A DNA stretch of 64,000 nucleotides, taken from assembly GCA_052327205.1 (NCBI GenBank), contig CM126220.1:48732001-48796000 (forward strand), written 5' to 3'. The notes under the pieces are model-generated. The model did not search any database, was not told the DNA's origin, and worked only from the letters and a program-made list of their open reading frames with translations. The DNA comes from Somniosus microcephalus. Taxonomy: Eukaryota. Shown piece after piece: positions 1-10,567 of this stretch. The translations under genes were made by a program, and so were the position numbers. The stretch's first letter is position 1. Each line of letters starts with the position of its first letter.

Positions 1-57
1 AGAACACCACTGTATACTTCCCTCCAGTCTGAAAAACAACCGTTCACCACTACTCTC

Positions 58-775
58 CATTCACCTCCGTACAGCAGCACTCACCCTGGTGTGCTCTACA
101 GCGGAGTACTGCTCTCCGGCATGGCTATCAAGTCTGCATGTCAAATCTACTGATGTCCAGCTGAATTCTACTATGAGAATTATCACCGGTATGCTTTTAT
201 TGACATCAAAACCTTGGTTGCCCATGCTTGCAAACATCACACCACCACACCTACGCCGCAAATATGCAGTCTCCAGAGAATACAACTGCTACACCAGCAA
301 AGACATGCCAATCCAGGCCAACTTGGACAACCTACCACCAACCCGTCTCAAACCTAGAAGGCCAAATTTGAACTGTCGCCGAAGCCCTTCGGCGATCTCC
401 CCTCAGCCTTGATGACCGATGGCGAAATGCTTGGAAGAACTGCGACATATGGAATGGATTCCTTATAGAGGACCCCACAGTACAACCTGAAGGATCAAAC
501 CTTCCTCACAAACAGTGGACAACCATCAACTGCCTCAGAACTGGTCATGATAGATGCTGCCACCTTCTCCATAGATGGAAGATTAAACCATCCCCATCAT
601 GCGACTGTGGAGCTCCTAATCAGACCCTGGAGCACATGACTGAGCACTGCCCTCAGAGGAAATTTGCAGGCAGCCTACAAGATATCCACGCTGTTACACC
701 GGAAGCTTTGGCCTGGATATCCAACTTAGATATTGACATTTGATTTGTTTTGCTACTACCATGTGAAAGAAGTAG
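58..775 (+). mobile_element. 5'-truncated non-LTR retrotransposon, probably Vingi/Ingi-like (I group)
   Basis: AEYCSPAW...DVQLNSTMRIITG...PWLPMLANITPPHLRR and C-terminal CDCGAPNQTLEHMTEHCP zinc knuckle; perfect 12-bp TSD ACCACTACTCTC at 46-57 and 776-787. Confidence 0.75.
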
Positions 776-2329
776 ACCACTACTCTCTGCTTTCTGTCGC
801 TTAGCCAATTTTGTATCCATGCTCTCACTGTCTCTTTAATCCCATGGGCTTCAATTTTGCTAACAAGTCTATTACAGTATGTGGTACTTTGCCAAACGCC
901 TTTTGAAAGTCCATATACACATCAACCGCACTACCATCATCCACCCTTTCCATTACTTTATCAAAGAACTTGATTAAGTTAGTCAAACACAATTTGCGTT
1001 TAAAAAATCCATGCTGACTTTAATTTATTAGCCCACACTTGCCAAATGCCAATTAATTTTGTCCTGGATTATTGCCACTAAAACTTCCCCCACCACCAAC
1101 ATTAGGCTGACTGGCCTTCAGTTGTCGGGTTTATCCCTCACCCCCTTTTTAAACAGGGGTGTAGCATTTGCAATCCTCCAGTCCTCTGGCACCACCCCCA
1201 TATCCAAGGCAGATTGGAAGATTGTGCTCAGAGCCGCCACAATTTCCACCCTTACTTCCCTAGGTATGCTAGGATGCATCCCATCCGGACCGGGTGATTT
1301 TTCTAATTTGAGGACTGACAACCTTTTAAGTACCTCCTCTTTATCTATTTTTATCCTATCTAATATCGCTACTGCCTCCTCCTTTACTATTACATTGGCA
1401 AAATCCTCTTCTCCAGTGAAGACAGCTGCAAAGTACACATTTAGTACCTCACGTGTCTCCACAAGAAGATCTCCTTTTTGGTCCTAAATTGGCCCTACCC
1501 TTCCTCTGACTACCCTCTTACTATTTATTTGTTTATAAAAGACTTTTGGGTTCCCTTTTATGCCGTTAATCTATTCTCATGCTCTCTCTTCGCTCCTCTT
1601 TTATTCCCTATTTTAGATCTTCTCTGTCCTTTATATATTCAGCTTGGTTCTCTACTGTATTGTGAACCTTACAATTGTCATCAGCCTCCTTATCTGTCTC
1701 ATTTTAACCTCACTATCTTTAGTTATCCAGGAAGCTTTAGCTTTGGATATCCTTCCTTTCCCCTCATAGGAATGTGTCTACTCTGTACCCAAACCATCTC
1801 CTCTGTGAAGGCCTCCCATTGTTCAATTACTGTTTTGCCTACAAATTTTTGATTCCAATCCACCTGGGCCAGATTCCTCCAGTTAAATATTTTTATGCTT
1901 GATTTTACTTTGTCCTTTTCCATAACTATTCTAAAACTGATGATATTATGATCACTGTTCCCTAAATGCTCTCCCACGGAAACATGCTTCACCTAACCCA
2001 CTTCATTCCCCAGAACTAGATCCAGCACTGCTTCCTTCCTCATTGGGATGAAAGCACACTGATCAAGAAAGTTCTCTTATACACATTTCAGGAATTCTCC
2101 CCCCTCTTACACTGTTGCTATATATTAGGATATAATTGAAGTCCCCCCGTTATCACTACTCTGTAGTTCTTCCATCTTTCTTTAATTTACCTGCAAATTT
2201 GCTCCACTATCTCCTTCTCACTATTTGGTGGTCTATAGTATACACCCAGTAGCGTAACAGCTCCTCTCTTGTTCCTTAATTCTAATCAAATAGACTCTGT
2301 CTTTGGCCCCTCAACTACATCATCCCTCT

Positions 2330-2420
2330 GGGACTAGCTGAAGTGCTCTTGCAGAGAGCCGGCGCGGGCTTGACATGCCAAATGGCCTCCTTCTGTGCTG
2401 TAACCATTCTATGATTCTAT
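2330..2420 (+). mobile_element. CR1 3' tail fragment
   Basis: ...AAATGGCCTCCTTCTGTGCTGTAACCATTCTATGATTCTAT terminal repeat typical of CR1. Confidence 0.75.
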
Positions 2421-2523
2421 TTTTTATTCCTTCCTTTATTTTTGTCACTTTCTCATCTTTTGTTCACAATTTTAGATCAATACAGGAAGAGAAACTCCGT
2501 TTTCTCTGTTCTGTCCTCGGTAT

Positions 2524-2681
2524 TTTTGGACTCTAGAGGAATCAAGGGATATGGGGTTCAGGGAGGGGGTGGGGAATGTGGAGTTGAGGTCAAAGATCAG
2601 TCATGCTCTTATTGAATGGCGAAGCAGGCTCGAGGGGCCGTATGGCCTACTCCTGCTCCTAATTCTTATCTTCTTATGTTC
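2524..2681 (+). mobile_element. CR1/HER1-type 3' end fragment
   Basis: GAATCAAGGGATATGGG...GATCAGTCATG...GAATGGCGAAGCAGGCTCGAGGGGCCGTATGGCCTACTCCTGCTCCTA..TTCTTATGTTC. Confidence 0.8.
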
Positions 2682-3007
2682 GCTCCAGTGCTACAATAGT
2701 TTCTTTGATCAATGCTGCCACACCCTCTCCTTTTTTCCCTTTCCTATCTTTCCTGAATACGTTGTAGTCAGGAATATTAAGTTCCCAATCCTCCCCTTCT
2801 TTGAGCCTGTTCGCTGTTATTGCCACTATATCATAGTCCCAAGTGGCGAACTGTGCCTGTAGCTCACCAATCTTATTTACCACGCCCTGAACATTTATGT
2901 ACAAACCCATCTTAGACTGCTTCGCATTTGCCCCCATCTGATCCCACCAGTGCTATCATTTTGTCGTAACTAATAGTTGACTCTCATTAGTTCTCTGACT
3001 CTGGCAT

Positions 3008-3370
3008 TAAGAACATAAGAAATAGGAGCAGGAGCAGGCCAATTGGCCCCTCAAGCCTGCTCCGCCATTCAATGAGATCATGGCTGATCTTCTACCTCGT
3101 TTCCACTTTCCTGAAATATCCCCATATCCCTTGATTCCCTTAATATTCAAAAATCTATCAATCTCTGTCTTGAATATACTCAATGACTGAGCCTCCACAG
3201 CCCTCTGGGTAGAGAATTCCAAAGATTCACCACCCTCTGAATGAAGAAATTTCTTCTCATCTCAGTCCTAAATGGCCGACCCCTTATTCTGAGACTGTGA
3301 CCCCTGGTTCTAGACTCCCCAGCCAGGGGAAACATCCTCCCTGCATCTACCCTGTAAGAATTTTTGTATG
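3008..3370 (-). mobile_element. CR1/HER1-type LINE 3' end
   Basis: ESRTRGHSLRIRGRPFRTEMRRNFFIQRVVNLWNSLP plus TTCTTATG tail. Confidence 0.9.
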
Positions 3371-3439
3371 ACCCCACCCCTTGTTTTGGGGGCAGAATCT
3401 CAGGTGCCTTGGTTCTACTCTATCGAAATCTCTCCTAAA

Positions 3440-3605
3440 TATCTTTGACTCTCTCCTTTTCTTTACACCTTTAAAATCTTGTTAATACCCATCTGTCACC
3501 TCGGCTGACTATCCATATGTTCCTTTTTAATTGTTTCCCCTTTGTAAAACACTTTGGGATGTTTTTCTACATTAAAGGCACTATATAAATGCAAATTGTT
3601 GTTAT
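3440..3605 (+). mobile_element. Decayed L2-type 3' tail
   Basis: TGTAAAACACTTTGGGATGTTTT...AAAGGCACTATATAAATGCAAATTGTTGTT. Confidence 0.6.
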
Positions 3606-4302
3606 GTTGGATCTGGGACAATTTCAGATACATTTTATGTTATTGAACCACTTTGAAAGCTTATGCAAGACAATCTGCTCCATAACTTGCTTCCTCTGGA
3701 ATTTGCTCTCTTACTTTGCCTCTTTGCTGCAGGAGCTGTTTGCGATGAAATGCATGTTTGGAAGCAGCTGTTCCAATGCCACCTCAATTTATTTATTAGC
3801 ATCCAGATAAGGCTGTTAATGTTACAAAATCTGATTTTAATGATTAATGGTGAACCCTCAGAGAGATAGAGGTTTGTTGCAAGAAGCATGAATTATTCAT
3901 TTGATTTGCAATTTCTACAGCTGCTTGGGTTTAAGATGAAAGGTGAATAATCTATCTTGTAGTTGCACCTCTTGTTACACACTGAAAATTAGTACAACAT
4001 TCTTGCTTTATTTGTAGCTGTGGGCAATCATGCAATTGTGTGTGAGGGAAAGGGAGGGGGAACAGAACCAACCAGATCACTCATGGCTTTACATTTCTAA
4101 TGTCATCCTATTGTACTGCCTCATTGAGCTTTCATTAGATCAATGCATTAGTCGGCCCATATGTGAAATGCCTATGTGTTTTCTATAAAACGAAAAAAGT
4201 AGTTATCACATCATCAATATATATATAGATGGTGCATATACTACTTCTTTAGTATTATAGAAAGCACACAGGCGTTTCACTTATGTGCCTATGTAGATAA
4301 AC

Positions 4303-4314
4303 ATATATATATAT

Positions 4315-4346
<32 letters not shown>

Positions 4347-4358
4347 TACATATATATA
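4303..4358. repeat. (TA)n microsatellite
   Basis: Direct reading. Confidence 0.9.
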
Positions 4359-4614
4359 ATGATGATGCATAAACTACTTTGATATATTAAAGTCAACTCC
4401 AAAGTGCTGGAGCATACACTAAATAAAGTAACAACAATGATTTTTTTTCTTTTTGTGGGAGATATCTCCAGACTCCCCTAGAAAATAAATCCCGCCTTCA
4501 GAGCTTGCATCCCTCAAAAAATGTCTAAATCAGCCATGGGTTAAGCGTGAGTAAAGTGGTGTGACCATTGTTGAGCTGCAGACCTGTCATTAACTTCAGG
4601 GTGTACAACATGTT

Positions 4615-5315
4615 GGCCTAGAAATTCAGTGGGCTTTGCGCCCAGTTAAGGCCCAAAGAGGGCCTCTGTGCCAGTAGAGGAGGTTGCGCTGATATTGAGC
4701 TCAGCGGTAATGGCGGCGGTAGCCGGTAGCGCTGCGCCGGCACCGATGACGTCATCGGTGTGCGCAGTGCCCCGTTTCCGCCCCGATGCCGGCCCGACCC
4801 CCATATTCAGTTGCCGCCGCCTCCTCCGTGGCGGCCGCTACTAACATCCGGAGAACAGGGCCTTACTGCAGCCTTAGTGGGGCGCATAAAGGTGGAGGTG
4901 CGGCCGGCCGCTTTTTCGGCGGCCGCCTGCCCGCACCTCCTTCCCCGGCCTCCTCCACCACCCCCCCCACGGCATTGCCGGCTGCTTTCCGCGAGCCCGG
5001 CACTTCTCCGTGGTGCTGGGCTCATTTGCCGGCACAATCCAGCGGCGATCTCCCCGTTGCAGGCACCTCCACCTTAAGAGAAGGAGGAGGCCTGCAGTAC
5101 CGCAGCCTGCTGCACCGCATCGGGTGGCGCAGCGGCACCTAGAGCGCTGAAATTCAGTTTCAGCGCCCCAAGCGGGGGCGGGCACACCCTGGAACAGCGC
5201 CCGGTTCCGACTTGGGGTGCAAAAACTGAATATCTCACGGGCGCAACTGGCTCCGCGCGCAGCGCTAACTTTTGGGCGCAAGCCAGCTGGCGGGCCCAAA
5301 CTGAATTTCTAGGCC
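4615..5315 (+). mobile_element. Non-autonomous DNA transposon (MITE family A, 701 bp), PIF/Harbinger-like
   Basis: Perfect 16-bp TIR GGCCTAGAAATTCAGT / ACTGAATTTCTAGGCC; 3-bp TSD GTT; second copy inverted at 55971-56674. Confidence 0.85.
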
Positions 5316-6915
5316 GTTATATTTAGGCCTGACTTTGAGCTGCCAGCCTTTTGGAGCTGCTGACCAGCTTATGCTAGTTTTCCAGCTTGGTATGTCGGTG
5401 ACTAGCAGCTGTTTTTTAGTTACACAAAGCCTAGATGTTAAAGTGGAAAGGTGAGGTATGCTATGAAGTCGTGATAGACACATTAGAATAGTGCAGCTGC
5501 ATAATGCAATGTATTTGAGGCTAAATAATCCCATGCAGCAAATAATGAAGCCAAAAAATCCCCATGGACTCTCCAACAAACACAAATGTGCAATGGCTAT
5601 GTACATACCTGGAATATATAGATTAAAAACTTATATATGAAAATACTTGAGATGGCAAAAGTTATTCTTGTTTCTTCATAGAATGCATAAAGTAAATGCA
5701 CAGAAATTTTAAAAGTTTGTAAGTGATAGAGAAAGGATTACTAATCCGATATGGTTTAGATTTTAATGGCTGCCAAATAAACGAACAGCTGAATGGGAGT
5801 TACCTGCACCCAGTTTTCTGAAATGCTAACTTGTTCGCAGGAACAACAGAAAACCAGTCTCTCATGATGCATCAGGATTAATGCTCCTTTGCACACTTCT
5901 CAAACAGCCAACAAGTCATTTAAATTGCAGAATTGATAAAAAGTTGATTCTGCCAGCTGCAGAGTGCACAATTATCATGCAAAATGGCTCCAGAAAAATA
6001 GAGAAAATCCCGATTTATCCACAAGGCTCTGTATATAGTGAATTTTTTTTTATCGTCTGGCCAAAATTGGTTTGAGGATCTTCAAATATTCATTCATTAG
6101 ACTTATGTATAGAACCACTTACACGTCTAACTTGCGCTCTCTTCACAATTCCGCCTTTGAAACATAAAAATTTTAAATCTAATTAGCATGTTTTAATCTG
6201 GACTCAATTAATGCTAAAAATAACTTTTGAAAGCCTCCTAAACCAAATTATTTAGCAAGTCAAATTAGTAACATAAAGCTTGCTTCATTCAATTAATTAA
6301 TGGTGTAGATTATGTGCTTCGATTTTGCAATGACGGAAAAGTGACACTATCACCTCCACAATCAGATCCTGATCTGACTCCAGAATGGAGCTGTGTTAGA
6401 CTCCTGGAAGCAGCCTCACAACACTGGGGCTTAACACTGCATACAGTGTAACTCCAGTGGAGTGCTGAACTACTTTAAAAAGTACTCAGCGGTTCACTGG
6501 ACCTCCTCAGCATTTTATCAACCTACACAGAATAACGTGTAATATTTTGAGAGTGCAGATCCTCCTACCTGCACTCTCAAAATGTTTAAAATTGATCAGC
6601 ATTTGCAGCGCACTCACCTATGTCTGAGAGTTAGATTCACAACCAGGCAATATTAAATTAGGTACCCTGTGAATCAGTTCTGTAGCTGCAGGTCTCAAAC
6701 TGGTAGCTACAGTGTTGACAGAGCCTAAGGATACATTCTGTCTCAATACATGGCATTGTGCCAGCAGGAGTATGATTGTACTGTGAACATTTGCTTCACT
6801 GAGAGCTCACATACAGTAAAGGTTTCTCAACCAACCAAACCCTGCTGATCAAGTATGTACAAGGGATTATAATCCAATTTTAAAGTCACTTTAATTATGA
6901 GACAAAAATGCTAGG

Positions 6916-7076
6916 AGGGTAGATTTTGAATTTGCCGTCCAGGGGTAAAACTGGAATTGTGGCCTGTTATAGAATAAGTCGGATTTTCATGGAAACGAAA
7001 ATCGGGCGGTTTCTATAAGGGAGGTCGATCCTCAACACCAGCTTTACCCCCGGACTGCAAGTTGAAAATCTACCCC
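6916..7076. mobile_element. About 160-bp foldback MITE
   Basis: Arms AGGGTAGATTTTGAATTTGCCGTCCAGGGGTAAAACTGG and CCAGCTTTACCCCCGGACTGCAAGTTGAAAATCTACCCC are imperfect reverse complements; inner IRs TTATAGAA/TTCTATAA and GATTTTC/GAAAATC. Confidence 0.75.
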
Positions 7077-8124
7077 AAGGAGTCAAATTTTAAATCTGTT
7101 TGACAATTGGAGATCTGAAGCCTTTTACGTCATTATCTAACACTACATATAAATGAACCAAAACATCAATGTTCGAGTTAGCAATGGGTGAAATTCCATT
7201 TTATTTGCTTATGGGGAAATAGCGGAATGTAAGCTATCCATTTAAGAGTTGGTTTAACGTTCAATATAGAGCACTTGAAATGATGCTGTGCAAACACTAA
7301 TGTTTAACAAAGGCATTAACCTATTTATTTTAAATGGATTATAACTCTGTTAAAATAGCAGACAAAAGAATATCATATAAACAAGTTAAGTGTTCATACA
7401 TTAATATTCACACAGCATAATTTCAAGGCCATAGCTGCTTAAAAGTTGAAAGCTTTTTCTAAATTAACTCTACGGGAGCTTATTCTTCCAAATGTATATT
7501 GGTAATCAGTAAATGTAGAAATAAGCAATATATATGTGTTTCTTATAAAAGTGTGAAATTATAGCCAATGTTTGGTTAAATCAACTGTACCAGTGTTGTG
7601 TTCAAAGAATTTTAGTTCGTAAATCCAAACTATTTTCAACAAAGTTTCAAGTGCTTGGCGTGAAACATTTTCTGGTTTCTTTTTGCCAACAATTCATGTT
7701 GCATAAACTCTGCACTTAGGGTCGAAATAAATAATTATTAAATCCACGTATGCATCATTGAGTGAAAGGTCCTTTTCTTTCCTCCACCAGTAATATGTTA
7801 TCAGGTTCTCTTTGTGTTGTGTTTTTCTGTGTTGATTTTCAAGAAGGAAAATCATGATTTTTTTTGTTCTGACACTTAAGCACCCAAAATAGAAAGTTTC
7901 CTTCAGAGAACCTAAGTAAGTTGCATGCATATAATAATAAAATCTAATTTGGTGAATCATGTTATATGGTTTTGTTTCATAGATGCCAAAATAATCTGCT
8001 ATATGACAGCAGTGCATAATTAACCTTCATTTTACCACACTCAGTCTCCTCACCGGTGCTTTTGTAATGGTATGTTATATTAATTTAACTTTCTCAATTT
8101 TTTATTCAAAACCATAGTATGCAT

Positions 8125-8323
8125 AGTGTCCACAGGGAGTAGTTGAGGCGAACAGAATAGATGCATTTAAGGGGAGGCTAGATAAACAGATGAAGGAGAA
8201 GGGAATAGAGGGTTATGCTGAGAGAGTTAGATGAGGAAGGATGGGAGGAGGCTCGAGTGGAACATAAACGCCAGCGTGGACTGGTTGGACCGAATGGCCT
8301 GTATATTTTATGTAATTCTATGT
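8125..8323 (+). mobile_element. CR1 3' end fragment
   Basis: GTAGTTGAGGCG...GCATTTAAGGGGAGGCTAGATAAA...GACCGAATGGCCTGT...ATTCTATGTA. Confidence 0.75.
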
Positions 8324-8612
8324 ATGGTGTATGATACAAAATAAGATACTTTGGGGAAATATAGACTGCATTTTAGGTGAGTAAAAAGCATTTTCAGTTG
8401 GCTGTGAAGCTTTAAATCTCTGAATAAATAGTGGCTGAAAAATTGAAATATTGAGGGAAAATGAGGCATCGTTTGAAATAAAATGCAAAATGCTGTAACT
8501 GATATTTATCATGTTTGTCAATTTCAGTTTTTTAATGCAACTTTTTTTTTAGTTCTTTGCTCTCTTTTCTGGTCTCTCATCACCCCGTTCCTGCTCCCAA
8601 ACCTCTCCCAGT

Positions 8613-9306
8613 GGGATTGATTTTAACTCTTGAGCGGCTGACCAACTGGCAGTAGGCCTGTTGCGGCCGTAGTCGTTTACAGACCTGGGACTCATTTAAA
8701 TAGAATCGTGAGCTACGGGCATCAAATGAGTGTCCCAATGCAGCTCACCAGGTTCAGGCCAGTGGACAGGCGGCCTGGGGGCTGCCCTGCTGGCAGCAGG
8801 TTAAGTCCGAGGGAGGGTCATGATAGTGGAAAGGGTGCATGGGGTGGGGGGGGGAGCAGGTTGGCAGCAGGCCCAATTATTTTTGTGAGGCTCTAAGGAG
8901 CACACTTCCTAGCCCCTCTAAAGTGAATTAAAAACTTACCTTTTTGTGGCCTGTTTGGCTCTATCATAAGCATATGGATGAAGTCATGGGAGAGCCTGGG
9001 TGCAGCCGTGCACCTCTGTGCAGTGCTTATCAGTGTTTACAGCACCTCAATGCTGTAGAACAGACAGCAGAAATGTCAAGACCAGTTTGGACATGGCCCC
9101 TTTAAAGAAACCGGCTGATGACGCGTCCTCAAATGACATCATCAGACCCGCTTCCTATTAATTGGCCGGGAGCCTTGCAAGGCGTGCTTAACAAGCCCCA
9201 TTAACGTAAAATCACTTGGAGAGTGTGGGCTGCAGTAGGCAGAGGGCTGGGACTTCGACACCGACCCCAGCCGCCCGAACCTGCCTCGGTTGGCAAAATC
9301 ACAGCC
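8613..9306. mobile_element. Old MITE-like element (degenerate TIRs)
   Basis: Ends GGGATTGATTTT / AAAATCACAGCC (9/12 complementary), flanks AGT/AAT, GC-rich interior, motif AAACTTACCTTTTT shared with the 63407 element. Confidence 0.45.
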
Positions 9307-9734
9307 AATGTCTCTGGAATAGGCCACTGGTAGGTGTGTAAGAGGAGTGACTGCTAGTCCATTCCAATTCCTACTCCCGTCTCTTGATGATACAAAGCCT
9401 CCAAATGGCAACTTACATTAACGGACTGGCTAAAAGTGGGAATTCATGCTGTGCGGAGTGATAAAGCCATAACCTACTAAATGCTACCAAATTCTACTGT
9501 ACTTCAATACACTTTACAGGTGTATGAGCACCATGGTGGTTCAATGCATTGGAGGCACAACAAATTGTATTCTAGCAGTGGAACAACATCGTTTCAATCC
9601 CATTTCCTGAATTGCTGATCCTAATTTGCTGTTGTGGAATTGGTGTCAACTAAAGGCCAGGTATTGCCCAACAGGGAGAGTCCGCTTTTACAGAACAGGA
9701 CAAGTTGCCCATCTTTCAACCATAGCTGATCGAT

Positions 9735-9770
9735 GTTCTGACGAAGGGTCATCGACCTGAAACGTTAACT
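9735..9770 (+). ncRNA. Minimal type I hammerhead ribozyme motif
   Basis: GTT-CTGACGA-[AGGGTC ATC GACCT]-GAAA-CG-TT-AAC: intact core boxes, stem II, palindromic ACGT helix III, 3-bp stem I. Confidence 0.65.
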
Positions 9771-9836
9771 CTGTTTCTCTCTTCGCAGATGCTGCCTGAC
9801 CTGCTGAGTATTTCCAGCATTTTCTGTTTTTATTTC
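9735..9836 (+). mobile_element. Inverted Penelope pseudo-LTR copy
   Basis: Reverse complement of 9853-9950, tail-to-tail with a spacer of about 16 bp. Confidence 0.85.
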
Positions 9837-9852
9837 TAATATCTCCTATATA

Positions 9853-10440
9853 AGAACAGAAAACACTGTAAAAACTCAGCAGGCCAGGCAGCATCCGTGG
9901 AGAGAGAAACCGAGTTAACGTTTCAGGTCTGGGACACTTCATCAGAACTGGAAAAAAGCTGGAGATGTAACAGATATTAAGCAGGCGCAGAGACTGGGGG
10001 GGGGTGGAGGAAGGAATTGAAGGAACATACTGTGCTTTTGTAAGAGGCAGGAAAGATAAAATGTTGCAAATGGGAATGGCAAAGTCATACAGCATGAAAA
10101 ATGGAGGCAGGGGTTATAGTTTGAAATTGTTGAACTCAGTGTTGAGTCCGGCAGGCTGTAAAGTGCCTAATCGAAAGATGAGGTGCTGTTCCTCGAGCTT
10201 ACGTTGAGCTACATTGGAACAATGTAATAGGCCGAGGACAGAGAGATCAGAGTGGGAGTGAAGCGGTGAATTAAAGTGACAGGCGACCGGAAGCTCAGGG
10301 TTAACCTTACGGACTGAACGGAGGTGTTCCACAAAGCGGTCGCCCAATCTGCATTTGGTCTCCCCAATGTAAAGGAGACCGCATCGTGAGCAGCAAATAC
10401 AGTATATTAAATTGCAAGAAGAACAAGTAAATCGCTGTTT
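9853..10440 (-). mobile_element. Penelope-like element 3' portion (GIY-YIG endonuclease plus pLTR)
   Basis: FTCSSCNLIYCICCSRCGLLYIGETKCRLGDRFVEHLRSVRK...PVACHFNS...EQHLIFRLGTLQPAGLN. Confidence 0.9.
9913..9949 (-). ncRNA. Minimal type I hammerhead ribozyme motif
   Basis: AGTT-CTGATGA-[AGTGTC CCA GACCT]-GAAA-CG-TT-AACT on the minus strand; 4-bp stem I. Confidence 0.7.
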
Positions 10441-10444
10441 ATTT

Positions 10445-10567
10445 GTAATTTGCTCGAATATCTCCTATGTGGCTCGGTGTCAAATGTTGTTTGATAATAC
10501 TCCTGTGAAGCGCGTTGGGACGTTTTACATTACAGGCGCTATACAAATGCAAGTTGTTGTTGTTGTT
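10445..10567 (+). mobile_element. L2-type 3' tail
   Basis: CTCCTGTGAAGCGCGTTGGGACGTTTT...GGCGCTATACAAATGCAAG(TTG)n. Confidence 0.7.

Larger units (their letters stand above)
1..2940 (-). mobile_element. Decayed CR1-clade LINE ORF2 (APE endonuclease to RT), interrupted by insertions at 58-775 and about 2330-2681
   Basis: LYINVQGVVNKIGEL...DIVAIT...VALE continues as RDDVVEG...GVYYRPPN, then HLGNSDHNII and KSPGPDGMHP...VPEDWRIANATPLFKKG; stops and frameshifts. Confidence 0.9.

Noticed and set aside
776-2420. Twin-priming 5' inversion of a single CR1
   Set aside because: The minus-strand ORF continues seamlessly beyond 2681, so the plus-strand tails are later insertions
4760-5299. Overlapping GC-rich ORFs (also 55818-56768) as a gene or transposase
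   Set aside because: They lie inside 700-bp MITEs; frames are not conserved between copies; no DDE motifs
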